A DNA stretch of 46,651 nt, from NCBI GenBank assembly GCA_009930445.1, contig RZYD01000001.1, positions 1 through 46,651 on the forward strand, written 5' to 3'. Source of the DNA: Bacteroidia bacterium. GTDB lineage: Bacteria; Bacteroidota; Bacteroidia; Bacteroidales; BM520. Both the position numbers and the translations under genes were made by a program. This document shows, piece by piece, positions 18,578 through 27,722 of this stretch; position 1 is the first letter of the stretch; the number at the start of each line of letters is the position of its first letter. The notes under the pieces were generated by a model, which was given only the letters and a program-made list of their open reading frames with translations, made no database searches and had not been told where the DNA came from.

Positions 18578-19282
18578 TTATTTAGGATTCGACAGGGTAA
18601 CAGGAAGAATACGGCCATTCATAACACCCGGGGCTATCCGGGCAAAATCAAGAATAAATTCAGCCATATGCTCCGGGGTCACAGCCGCGGTATAACCCGG
18701 AAAAGCATCATGAAACATTTCAGTATCTACTGCGCCCAGACACAGGCAATTCACCGTAATCCCCAGGGATTTCCATTCTGTTGCCATCGCTTCAGTTAAC
18801 ACGGCTAATGCTCCTTTTGTGGAGGAATATAATCCCAGTCCCGGAAATTTTTCACTCCCCTGAAAACCACCCATACTACTGATATTGATAATCTGCGCCC
18901 CACTGGGCATGCGGGGTAATAACATTTTGGAAAGTAAAAACGCAGCGCGGGTATTTATTTTATACATAGTATCGAATTCCTCTGCTTCCATAGCGCGTAA
19001 GGGTTTATTGACAAGCCACCCGGCATTGTTGATCAGCAAATCAAATTTATTGGCAATTTCGGAGAGTTTGTGGCTAAGCACGTGATAATCTCCCGCAGCC
19101 AGGTCAAAGGGAAGGACATAGAGGCGCGCTGACGGGAGAGCAGAAAGCACATCCATGCGCAAGGCTTCTAGTTTTTCGCGATTTCGTGCCAGGGCAACCA
19201 CAAGATTTTCGGGATGGATTGCGGCCTGTCTGGCCATTTGGTACCCAATTCCCCGACTGGCTCCACTAATTAAAATATTCAT
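18578..19282 (-). CDS. SDR family oxidoreductase (short-chain dehydrogenase/reductase)
   Basis: Cofactor motif ISGASRGIG, NNAG, and catalytic YSSTK (YxxxK). Confidence 0.85.
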   Translation of the reverse strand: MNILISGASRGIGYQMARQAAIHPENLVVALARNREKLEALRMDVLSALPSARLYVLPFDLAAGDYHVLSHKLSEIANKFDLLINNAGWLVNKPLRAMEAEEFDTMYKINTRAAFLLSKMLLPRMPSGAQIINISSMGGFQGSEKFPGLGLYSSTKGALAVLTEAMATEWKSLGITVNCLCLGAVDTEMFHDAFPGYTAAVTPEHMAEFILDFARIAPGVMNGRILPVTLSNPK

Positions 19283-19359
19283 ACTTGTAAGGTTTATGTT
19301 TTATTCGTTTCCTATGGCTGAAATGCAACCCGATGCTTCCGTGTGTTTCGAAATAAGAT

Positions 19360-20154
19360 TTATTTTTCGATGGTTTTTTCTTCGTCTGGAGTCAGCACAA
19401 TTCCGGTAATATGCAGAAGAACCTGTGGGTGATCAGGGTCGTTTGAAACAACCGTTATTTTATTATCCTGATTACCTTTTTTATGTCCGCTACGGAATTC
19501 CACCTTCAGGAGCGCGCTTTCGCCTGGAAGTAGGGTGTCGCGTGAAGTTTGTGTTATGGTACAACCGCACCCGGCTTTAACATTGCGGATATAGAGTGCG
19601 CTTTTCCCGGTATTCCGAAATTCAAATTCACAATTATATACCGACATTTGAGGAAGTTTTCCGAAATCAATAACCGTATTGGAAAACTCAATTTTGGGTC
19701 CTACAGTTCGCATTTCTTCTGTTAAAGAAGAGAAATCTTCATGGATATTCGGGCTAACAAGAATACGGTATGGGCGCTCGGCCAAAAGGGAGGTTTCAAT
19801 AAAAAAATAGTTTATTGCCGGGCCATATACCCCATTCTCTTTTGTATTTAACGTAATTTTTGCAATTCCCTCCGACTTTGGTTTCAAAATTTCAGGTTCA
19901 AAAACCACCGAATAGCCTGCCGGAAGGTCATCTACAGTTAAGGTAACTTCTTCATCTGAAGAATTATACATAAAGATGATTTCTGTTTTAATATCACCCA
20001 TATGAACGGGCTGAAAATTTAACCCAATGGAATGAAACCAAAGGCTGCCTTTTCGGATATGGTAATACCGGTCGATGGAAATATTTTCCTTTCTCTGACT
20101 GAAAGCACAAGAAACAAGAAAGAGGGTAAAAATCACTAATGTTAATTTTTTCAT
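19360..20154 (-). CDS. DUF1573 domain-containing lipoprotein
   Basis: Signal/lipobox LFLVSCAF. The C-terminal half has the DUF1573 hallmark FRNTGKSALYIRNVKAGCGCT...LLPGESALLKVEF. Confidence 0.75.
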   Translation of the reverse strand: MKKLTLVIFTLFLVSCAFSQRKENISIDRYYHIRKGSLWFHSIGLNFQPVHMGDIKTEIIFMYNSSDEEVTLTVDDLPAGYSVVFEPEILKPKSEGIAKITLNTKENGVYGPAINYFFIETSLLAERPYRILVSPNIHEDFSSLTEEMRTVGPKIEFSNTVIDFGKLPQMSVYNCEFEFRNTGKSALYIRNVKAGCGCTITQTSRDTLLPGESALLKVEFRSGHKKGNQDNKITVVSNDPDHPQVLLHITGIVLTPDEEKTIEK

Positions 20155-20258
20155 ACTTTACAATTTTAAATGTTACGGGTAGCAGGTAATTATTTTTTAA
20201 TAATCAATACGATGCTACTAATTATTGTTAAAGAACGTGTACATTCTATACAGAAAAA

Positions 20259-21515
20259 TTATAAATAATCTGACGAATCTCTTTCTATCGTTACAAAGGG
20301 TGCAACGGCGCGCTGAAAAATGCCATGAATCCAGGCAATCGTCATCCCGTAATTTGACACCGGCACTCCGGCGTCTATTGCAGGCTTCAGCCGGTTCAGA
20401 AGCTGACGGGTTGTCAGCACACAGCCGCCACACTGAATCACCAGTGCGTACTCCCGGATGGGTCGTGGAAGCGAATTTAAGCCGGATACGACCTCAAAAT
20501 GCAATTTTTTGCCCGTAAAATTACTGAGCCACCGGGGAATTTTAGTGCGTCCGATATCATCACAACTCACATGATGGGTACAGGATTCCAGAATCAGAAT
20601 GCGATCGCCATCGTTTAAACACCCTATTTTTGGTGTTCCTTTCAGATAACTGGAGAAATCACCTTTTTGGCGAGCCAAAAGAATACTGAAACTGGTTAGT
20701 GGAATGTCAGCAGGAATGGATGCATCGGCCTTAAGAAAAATCTGACTGTCGGTTATTGCCAGCGCGGGTCGGGGCTGAAGGGTACTTATCACCTTGTCTA
20801 ATTCGCGTTCCTTGCATACCAGACAGATGCAATCGTTGTCGAGTGCATCGCGGATTGTCTGCACCTGAGGAAGAATCATCCTTCCTTCGGGAGCCTCAAT
20901 ATCAATAGGAGTAATCAGCAATACCAAATCTCCTTGTTTCACAATATCGCCAATCAGTGATGTTGATTTAAAGGCTGACTCCGGGATGCTTTCGCGCATT
21001 AAACGGATAACGCCTTCCTTATCAGGTGCAACCTTGGTACTAAAGGGGAGTACGGGTACTTTTAGTTTTGAGATTAAATCGTCGACAAAACCGTTGGCTG
21101 GACGATGTGCATCCGTTTTATTATGGAGAATAATATAAGGGATTTCCAATGACGAAAATTGCTTCACTAAAGTTTCTTCGGGTAACCCGAATTCGCTGTT
21201 GGCAATCACCAATAAGGCCATATCAATTATTTTCAGCGTGTTAAGTGTTGAAGCGATTCGTTTTTCCCCCAATTCACCGGTGTCGTCGATTCCTGCAGTA
21301 TCTACAAGAATTACCGGACCCAATCCGGCAATTTCAATCGACTTTTTCACTGGATCGGTGGTTGTTCCGGCAACATCAGAAACAATGGCTATTTCCTGAC
21401 CGGCCAGCACATTGATTAAACTACTTTTCCCGTTATTCCTTCTTCCGAAAATTCCGATATGTGGTTTTGAATCTTTACCTTTTGTCATCCTGTTCCGATT
21501 TAAGTGTGATGTCAT
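20259..21515 (-). CDS. hydF: [FeFe]-hydrogenase H-cluster maturation GTPase HydF
   Basis: G1 GRRNNGKSSLIN, G3 DTAG, G4 NKTD. C-terminal cluster ligands CTH...QCGGC (CxH...CxxC). Alternative ATG at 21488 reduces the overlap with the upstream lyase from 41 to 14 nt. Confidence 0.8.
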   Translation of the reverse strand: MTSHLNRNRMTKGKDSKPHIGIFGRRNNGKSSLINVLAGQEIAIVSDVAGTTTDPVKKSIEIAGLGPVILVDTAGIDDTGELGEKRIASTLNTLKIIDMALLVIANSEFGLPEETLVKQFSSLEIPYIILHNKTDAHRPANGFVDDLISKLKVPVLPFSTKVAPDKEGVIRLMRESIPESAFKSTSLIGDIVKQGDLVLLITPIDIEAPEGRMILPQVQTIRDALDNDCICLVCKERELDKVISTLQPRPALAITDSQIFLKADASIPADIPLTSFSILLARQKGDFSSYLKGTPKIGCLNDGDRILILESCTHHVSCDDIGRTKIPRWLSNFTGKKLHFEVVSGLNSLPRPIREYALVIQCGGCVLTTRQLLNRLKPAIDAGVPVSNYGMTIAWIHGIFQRAVAPFVTIERDSSDYL

Positions 21516-22950
21516 TGATCACAAATCCTGCCTGAAGTAGTTTTTCCGGTTGCATAATTTCCTGCAGACGCACAGGGTCGAGGATGTTTAATTTCTCATT
21601 GGCTGCAAAAACAGTAACTGCATTCTTTTGCATAAAATGAGCTAATTCTGCCGCTTTATGATAACCGATAATCGGGTTGAGCGCAGAAGTTATTGAAGGG
21701 GAAAAATAAACCTGCGCTTCGCTGTTTTCTTGGTCAACCACTAAGCCGTGAATCAGTTTATCCGCTGAAACAGTGCAGAGGTTAATCAAAATATCCAGCG
21801 ATTCAAGCAATGCATGTCCCATCGCGGGCAGATAAGCATTCAGGTCAAGACAGCCTTGTCCGGCAAGGGTAGCTATTAAATTGTCGTTTGCATAAATTTT
21901 ATGTGCGCCGGAAATAATATATTCAGGTACTACGGGATTGATTTTCCCGGGCATGATGCTGCTCCCCATTTGCAAGGCCGGCAGGGTTAATACCTGTTGC
22001 CGGGCAAGTCCGGAGGAAAGGAGCCTCAGATCCGATGCGAGTTTTTCAAGATTGACTGCCAGGGCTTTCAGTATCGCATGAACTTCCACAAGGACATCAT
22101 GGTTGGCGGTGGCATCAGTAAGGTTTTCACTTCGGGTTACCGGCAAACCGGTAACCCGCTGCAGCGTACGGGCAACCTCCATAAGGTAAAACCTCGGTAC
22201 ACTCAGGGAAGTACCAGTAGCCCCCCCACCGATATTCACCACTTTAATTCTTTCAAAAGTTTTGGAAACACGCCACCAATCGCGTGAAAAGGCCTCACTG
22301 TAATTGCTGAACAATTTACCCCAGGAAGAAGGCACGGCTTCCTGCATTTGCGTATAGGCTAACCGTAGCACATACCGGTACCTGCTTTCCTTTTGTTCTG
22401 TCTCAACACGTAATGTATTAACGGCCTGCTCAAGTTTTTTCAGCCTGAACATAGCCGCAACATGCAACGCGGTGAGCATAACATCGTTAGTCGACTGAAA
22501 AATATTGGCATCTGCCAACGGATCAGCAATGGAATAATTACCAGGGGCATGGCGCATAATCTGCAAAGCTCTGTTGGTAATAATCTCGTTGATATTCATA
22601 TGTTGGCTGGTTCCGGCTCCTCCGGTAAGTGCAGGAACCAGGCAAGAGCTATACCATTGGCCCTCCGCTATTTCTGTGGCTGCCTGCAGGAGGGCTTTCA
22701 GCGTACTTTTTGCAGGCAGGGGAAAGGGTAAAACAAGGTGTGAATTTTTTTCTTCCAGGGCCTCCTGAAAGCGTTCGACCGACTGATAAACTGCCATTTT
22801 GACACGGCCAACAGCCTTAAACCATTCAAAATGAAACACTTCCTTGCCTGGAAAATTCTCTAATGCACGTACAGTATGGATTCCATACAATGCATCACAA
22901 GGGATTTCCTTTTCGCCCAGTGAATCATGCTCTATTCGGTATTTTTCCAT
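21475..22950 (-). CDS. Aspartate ammonia-lyase/class II fumarase family lyase (divergent)
   Basis: N-terminal YRIEHDSLGEKEIP...YGIHTVRALENF, QSTNDV, and the family signature GSSIMPGKINPV. The middle motif is atypical (TQMQEAVPSSWGKLF). Confidence 0.8.
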   Translation of the reverse strand: MEKYRIEHDSLGEKEIPCDALYGIHTVRALENFPGKEVFHFEWFKAVGRVKMAVYQSVERFQEALEEKNSHLVLPFPLPAKSTLKALLQAATEIAEGQWYSSCLVPALTGGAGTSQHMNINEIITNRALQIMRHAPGNYSIADPLADANIFQSTNDVMLTALHVAAMFRLKKLEQAVNTLRVETEQKESRYRYVLRLAYTQMQEAVPSSWGKLFSNYSEAFSRDWWRVSKTFERIKVVNIGGGATGTSLSVPRFYLMEVARTLQRVTGLPVTRSENLTDATANHDVLVEVHAILKALAVNLEKLASDLRLLSSGLARQQVLTLPALQMGSSIMPGKINPVVPEYIISGAHKIYANDNLIATLAGQGCLDLNAYLPAMGHALLESLDILINLCTVSADKLIHGLVVDQENSEAQVYFSPSITSALNPIIGYHKAAELAHFMQKNAVTVFAANEKLNILDPVRLQEIMQPEKLLQAGFVINDITLKSEQDDKR

Positions 22951-22996
22951 TGCAGAATTGTTTACAGGAACCAGTTTACCTATTTTAATTAAGAAA

Positions 22997-23004
22997 CAAA
23001 GATA
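22997..23004 (-). promoter_or_regulatory. Candidate -7 promoter box (TATCTTTG on minus strand) for the lyase-hydF unit
   Basis: Plus-strand CAAAGATA, 46 nt upstream of the lyase ATG and 6 nt after the glmM stop. Confidence 0.45.
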
Positions 23005-23010
23005 CCCAAA

Positions 23011-24405
23011 TTACATAGAAGCTGAAAAAGACCTGATCTTTTCCATGATTTCCAGTGATAGTTTTTCAGACAAGTTTTCACTTTTTGTTTCAGAATAAAT
23101 GCGAATGATCGGCTCCGTATTACTTTTTCGGAGATGGATCCATCCCCCGGGCATATCAATTTTTACGCCGTCGATCCGTGATGGGTTAAACCGGGCATAT
23201 TCCTGCTGAATCGCATCGAATAATTTATCGACATTCATTTTCGGACTCAAGGTAATTTTATGCTTTGCTATATAATACCTGGGATATTTTTGTTTCAGAA
23301 GTGAGGCTTTCGTGCGGCTTTCCGCGAGCAAAGAAAGAAAAAGAGCAACCCCTGCCAGTGCATCCCTTCCGTAATGTAAAGCAGGTAAAATCACGCCCCC
23401 ATTACCTTCCCCGCCAATGATAGCCTTAGTTTCTTTCATTTGGCGTACTACATTCACCTCGCCCACTGCTGAAGAGGAATAGCGTTGTTGGTAGGTTTCA
23501 GTAACATCGGCCAGGGCGCGTGTGGAAGAAAGGTTAGAAACAGTATTTCCGGGCACGACAGAAAGGACAAAATCGGCGCAGGCCACCAGGGTGTACTCCT
23601 CGCCAAAAAGCGTTCCGTCTTCACAAACCAGCGCCAGCCGATCGACATCGGGATCAACAACAATTCCCAGATCAGCTTGATGTTTAACAACCTGCTGGCA
23701 GATGTCGGATAAATTTTCAGGGATAGGTTCGGGATTGTGGGCAAAACGGCCATCGGGTTTTGCGTTAATCGTGTGCACTTTGTCAACGCCTAAAGCCTTT
23801 AGTAACTGTGGAATAACCATCCCTCCGGAGCTATTTATACCATCTACCACTACCGAAAATCCAGCATTACGAATGGCGTTCACGTTGACAAAGTGCAAAT
23901 CAATTATTTTATTAATGTGATAATCCACCCCATCATGAATATAAGTCCGGGTGCCCAGCTGATCGATACCGGCGAAGAGAAACTCCCCCATTTCAGCATG
24001 TAAAAGAACACTGTTTCCTTCCTCGGCATCCAGAAACTCTCCATTGGAATTCAGAAGTTTTAAGGCATTCCAGTTTTGCGGATTATGACTAGCGGTTAGA
24101 ATGATACCCCCATCGGCATGAAAACGGGTTACATTCATTTCAACGGTGGGGGTTGTAGAAAGCCCAAGGTCGATCACCTCCACGCCCAGTGAAAGCAACG
24201 TATTGCAAACCATTTCATTCACAATCGGGCCGGAGATCCGGGCATCGCGACCCACGACAATCACAGGCTTTGGGTTACCCGATTTCTCCCGGATATATTG
24301 CCAAAATGCAGCGGTATACTTAACAAGATCAAAAGGAGTAAGTGCCTCTCCGGGCTTACCACCAATTGTTCCGCGTATTCCGGAAATTGAACGAATCAGT
24401 GTCAT
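23011..24405 (-). CDS. glmM: Phosphoglucosamine mutase (alpha-D-phosphohexomutase family)
   Basis: SISGIRGTIGG N-terminus, active-site TASHNP, metal loop DPDVDR, and GEGNGG. 464 aa, as in Bacteroidota GlmM. Confidence 0.85.
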   Translation of the reverse strand: MTLIRSISGIRGTIGGKPGEALTPFDLVKYTAAFWQYIREKSGNPKPVIVVGRDARISGPIVNEMVCNTLLSLGVEVIDLGLSTTPTVEMNVTRFHADGGIILTASHNPQNWNALKLLNSNGEFLDAEEGNSVLLHAEMGEFLFAGIDQLGTRTYIHDGVDYHINKIIDLHFVNVNAIRNAGFSVVVDGINSSGGMVIPQLLKALGVDKVHTINAKPDGRFAHNPEPIPENLSDICQQVVKHQADLGIVVDPDVDRLALVCEDGTLFGEEYTLVACADFVLSVVPGNTVSNLSSTRALADVTETYQQRYSSSAVGEVNVVRQMKETKAIIGGEGNGGVILPALHYGRDALAGVALFLSLLAESRTKASLLKQKYPRYYIAKHKITLSPKMNVDKLFDAIQQEYARFNPSRIDGVKIDMPGGWIHLRKSNTEPIIRIYSETKSENLSEKLSLEIMEKIRSFSASM

Positions 24406-24429
24406 CTTTTTTCTTAATTTTTATCACTG

Positions 24430-24437
24430 CAAACATA
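24430..24437 (-). promoter_or_regulatory. Candidate -7 promoter box (TATGTTTG on minus strand) for glmM
   Basis: Plus-strand CAAACATA, 24 nt upstream of the glmM ATG. Confidence 0.45.
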
Positions 24438-24538
24438 AGGATTTTCTTGCGGCATACAACAACACAAGCCTTTACAAATAAATCGGTGCCTGTTTTTATA
24501 GGGAAAAAAATAAATGGCTGTAGGTACGCGCTTTTTCT

Positions 24539-24546
24539 TATTTTTG
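24539..24546 (+). promoter_or_regulatory. Candidate -7 promoter box (TATTTTTG) for the TPR-comA-DUF368-aroE operon
   Basis: Perfect TAnnTTTG 20 nt upstream of ATG 24567. Divergent from the glmM box. Confidence 0.45.
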
Positions 24547-24566
24547 CTTTTTATTTAAATTACTAT

Positions 24567-25976
24567 ATGAGTAGATTTTTTGAAGACGGAAATGAACGGG
24601 ATGTAAGGGATTTGATCGGGCGTTTTGAAGAAATGCTTCGGTCAAATCAGGCACATTTTTTTGATGTGGATGAATTTGAGGATATTATCAATTTTTATCT
24701 GAATAAAAATAATATGGCGAAAGCCGAAAAAGCTATTAACCAGGCGATTCGGATATTCCCTGGCAATTCAATCATTCTTCTCAAGAAGGCCATTGTGCTA
24801 ATGAACAGAGACCATAATGAAAATGCGTTAAAAGTATTGACGGAGATCATAGAGATGGATCCCGGAAATAGTGAAGCCTACATTATTTCCGGAGATATTT
24901 ATTCGCAGCAAAAACAATATGAGAAAGCCATTCATTCTTATAAGCTGGCGCTTCCTGATTCCGATGAGCCCGAAAACATTCATCAGAATATTGCCTTTGA
25001 ATATGAGGCATTAAACGATTTTACCCATGCCCTTTTTCACTTTCAGAAAGCACTGGAGTTGGTTCCGGAAGACGATAACCTGATGTATGAAGTAGCCTTC
25101 TGCTATGAAATTCTGGAAGCGACTGATCAAGCCATTGTTTGGTTTAACTCCTATCTCGACAAAAATCCCTACTCTTCTTCCGCCTGGTTTAATCTGGGGA
25201 ATATGTATGCGGCCAACGATGACTTTAGTAAAGCCATTGAAGCCTACGATTATTCGATCCTGATTGAAGAAGATTTTGCTTCGGCTTATTACAACAAGGC
25301 CAACGCGCTTATGAACCTCGACCGTTACGAAGATGCCATTGCGTGTTATAAAGAAACGATGCTGTATGAAGAACCGGATGCGCTATCCATATTTTATATT
25401 GGTGAGTGCTACCAAAATCTTGGCATTTATGAAAAAGCACTCAAGCATTACAAAAAAGCGCTAAAAATGGACGAGAGTTTTGCAGATGCATGGATAGCAA
25501 TGGGTACGATCTATGATGAGTTAGGCGATTATCTTTCTGCGTTGGAAAATATGAAAAAAGGAATTGATCTCGATGATAGCAACGCAGAATACTGGTATTA
25601 CATTGCAGAAACTTACCGAAAAGAAGGAATGAATGATCTGGCGATAGAAGCGTATTCAAAAGTAACCGTTCTCGACATTTTCAACCTCGATGCCTGGCAG
25701 GATCTTTCTGATATGTATCTGATTACAGGGAATACAGAAAAATCGATCAAGGTGCTGAAAGAGTGTCTGGAAAGTAATTTCGATTCTGCGGAAATTATTG
25801 CCCAACTGTTTGTAGCCGAATACCAAAACGGGTACATCTGTCAGGCCGCCGACACGCTGTTGCGTGGGCTCAAAACAGATGCGCATATATTTATCGAAAA
25901 CCTGACGGATTTTCCTGAAATTCTGCAGGATCCGGTGGTCGCAGATATCATAAAAGCTTATATTCCTGATAATTAA
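24567..25976 (+). CDS. Tetratricopeptide repeat (TPR) protein
   Basis: Repeated 34-aa A/Y/N-pattern units (e.g. AWFNLGNMYAANDDFSKAIEAYDYSI, AYYNKANALMNLDRYEDAIACYKE). Start moved to ATG 24567 because the track extension from 24342 overlaps the glmM 5' end and the promoter region. Confidence 0.8.
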   Translation: MSRFFEDGNERDVRDLIGRFEEMLRSNQAHFFDVDEFEDIINFYLNKNNMAKAEKAINQAIRIFPGNSIILLKKAIVLMNRDHNENALKVLTEIIEMDPGNSEAYIISGDIYSQQKQYEKAIHSYKLALPDSDEPENIHQNIAFEYEALNDFTHALFHFQKALELVPEDDNLMYEVAFCYEILEATDQAIVWFNSYLDKNPYSSSAWFNLGNMYAANDDFSKAIEAYDYSILIEEDFASAYYNKANALMNLDRYEDAIACYKETMLYEEPDALSIFYIGECYQNLGIYEKALKHYKKALKMDESFADAWIAMGTIYDELGDYLSALENMKKGIDLDDSNAEYWYYIAETYRKEGMNDLAIEAYSKVTVLDIFNLDAWQDLSDMYLITGNTEKSIKVLKECLESNFDSAEIIAQLFVAEYQNGYICQAADTLLRGLKTDAHIFIENLTDFPEILQDPVVADIIKAYIPDN

Positions 25977-25987
25977 ATCAAAGAATT

Positions 25988-26773
25988 ATGATACATACTC
26001 TTTCACATATTCCGGAACGGGATTCGATTCCCAGAAAAAAAGGCCTGACCATGGTGATGGATAAAGGCTTGAGTCTCAGAGAGGCAGAAGATTTTATTGA
26101 AACGGCCGGTCATCTTGCCGACTTTATAAAACTCGGATTTGGCACGAGTGTGGTTACGAAACGAGTAAAAGAGAAGGTAAAAAAATATCAGAATGCAGGC
26201 TTAATCGTTTATGCTGGCGGAACCTTATTTGAAGCTTATGCCATACGCAATAATGTGGATGGATATAAGGCGTTTATCGATTCGCTGGGGCTCGACGGAG
26301 TTGAGATCTCTGACGGGTCAGCACGCATGGATCACAAAAAAAAATGTGCCTTTATTCACCGTTTTTCCAGCGAATATACTGTACTTTCGGAGGTAGGAAG
26401 CAAAAGCGCCGATGTAGAAATTCCGGAAGCCCAATGGATTGAAATGATGAAAAAGGAGCTGGAATCCGGATCACTAAAGGTGATTGCTGAAGCCAGGGAA
26501 AGTGGCACCGTTGGTATCTATAACAGCAACGGAAGCGCTGATACCAGCCTGATCGACGCCTTAGCAAATCATATCGACCCCAATGCAATCATTTGGGAAG
26601 CTCCCTTAAAAGCACAACAGGCATGGTTTATCCGCTACCTTGGGGCTCACGTAAATCTGGGCAACATTGCCCCGCATGAATTAATTGCCATGGAAACCTT
26701 ACGTTTGGGACTTCGGGGTGACACTTTTTTCCGTTTTTTACCCGAAGGATGGGAAACAAATTGCATCGAATAA
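25988..26773 (+). CDS. comA: (2R)-phospho-3-sulfolactate synthase (ComA) family protein
   Basis: PRKKGLTMVMDKGLS...AGHLADFIKLGFGTS matches my recollection of the ComA (PF02679) N-terminal core. About 260 aa, TIM-barrel sized. Confidence 0.7.
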   Translation: MIHTLSHIPERDSIPRKKGLTMVMDKGLSLREAEDFIETAGHLADFIKLGFGTSVVTKRVKEKVKKYQNAGLIVYAGGTLFEAYAIRNNVDGYKAFIDSLGLDGVEISDGSARMDHKKKCAFIHRFSSEYTVLSEVGSKSADVEIPEAQWIEMMKKELESGSLKVIAEARESGTVGIYNSNGSADTSLIDALANHIDPNAIIWEAPLKAQQAWFIRYLGAHVNLGNIAPHELIAMETLRLGLRGDTFFRFLPEGWETNCIE

Positions 26774-26783
26774 TCCATTCCTT

Positions 26784-27722
26784 ATGAAAGAATACCTTGG
26801 CACATTGGCCAAAGGGATTGCCATGGGCGCTGCCAATGTAATCCCCGGTGTAAGCGGAGGAACCATAGCGCTTATTACTGGCATCTTCGAACGGCTGATT
26901 CTCGCGATTAAATCATTTAATCTTAAGGCCATACGACTCATTTTTACTGGAAAATTCAGGGAATTTATCCGGTATACGGATTTGTATTTTTTGCTCGCTG
27001 TGGCTGTGGGGATTCTACTTGCTGCCATAACACTGGCCCGGGTATTTGATTACCTTTTTACCCATTACCCCGTTTATATCTGGGCCTATTTTTTCGGGCT
27101 TGTGCTTGCATCGGTATATTTTGTCGGCCGAACCGTAAAAAAATGGAATCTGCCGGTACTGATCAGTTTTATTACGGGGACGGGAATAGCTGTCTTAATT
27201 ACGGTATTAAATCCGGCTACGGAAAACAGTAGCTTTTTTTATCTCGTGATCTGCGGCATTGCCGGAATTTGCTCCATGATTCTCCCGGGGCTTTCGGGTT
27301 CCTTCATTCTCTTCATCATGGGAAATTACCAGCTGATCATTATTGACGCAGTAAACCATCTTGATATGGGAATTCTTTTCCCGGTAATTCTTGGAGCTGT
27401 CGGCGGATTAATGCTGTTTTCGCACCTGCTCTCATGGGTATTAAAGCACTATAAAAACCAAACCATTGCCTTGCTAACCGGATTCATTCTCGGTTCTTTA
27501 CGCATTTTATGGCCCTGGCAAAAAAAAATATTGCTGCTTGATGTGCATCAGATGCCTGTATTAAAAAATGGCGAGCCTGTAATCGTCCGCTATCAGCAAT
27601 TTATTCCGGAGCATCTTACCGGAGAAGTACTCATGGCTGCGCTCTGGATTTTAGTCGGGATTGCTTCTATTACCCTAATTGAGTATCTTGCCGCTAAATC
27701 GATTACTGAAGAATCATACTAA
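26784..27722 (+). CDS. DUF368 family polytopic membrane protein (PopT-like polyprenyl-phosphate transporter family)
   Basis: KGIAMGAANVIPGVSGGTIALITGIFERL and a second LPGLSGSFILFIMG repeat are DUF368 hallmarks. Start at ATG 26784 is 10 nt after the comA stop. Confidence 0.8.
   Translation: MKEYLGTLAKGIAMGAANVIPGVSGGTIALITGIFERLILAIKSFNLKAIRLIFTGKFREFIRYTDLYFLLAVAVGILLAAITLARVFDYLFTHYPVYIWAYFFGLVLASVYFVGRTVKKWNLPVLISFITGTGIAVLITVLNPATENSSFFYLVICGIAGICSMILPGLSGSFILFIMGNYQLIIIDAVNHLDMGILFPVILGAVGGLMLFSHLLSWVLKHYKNQTIALLTGFILGSLRILWPWQKKILLLDVHQMPVLKNGEPVIVRYQQFIPEHLTGEVLMAALWILVGIASITLIEYLAAKSITEESY

Noticed and set aside
24342-24566. 75-codon N-terminal extension of the TPR ORF
   Set aside because: It overlaps the glmM 5' end and both divergent promoter boxes. 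ATG 24567 lies 20 nt after a perfect -7 box.
26685-26783. Upstream extensions of DUF368 (26685), rnfG (12250) and the PepSY gene (TTG 29172)
   Set aside because: Each extension overlaps the preceding gene or a hairpin and adds residues absent from the family N-terminus. Internal ATGs give 8-10-nt junctions typical of operons.
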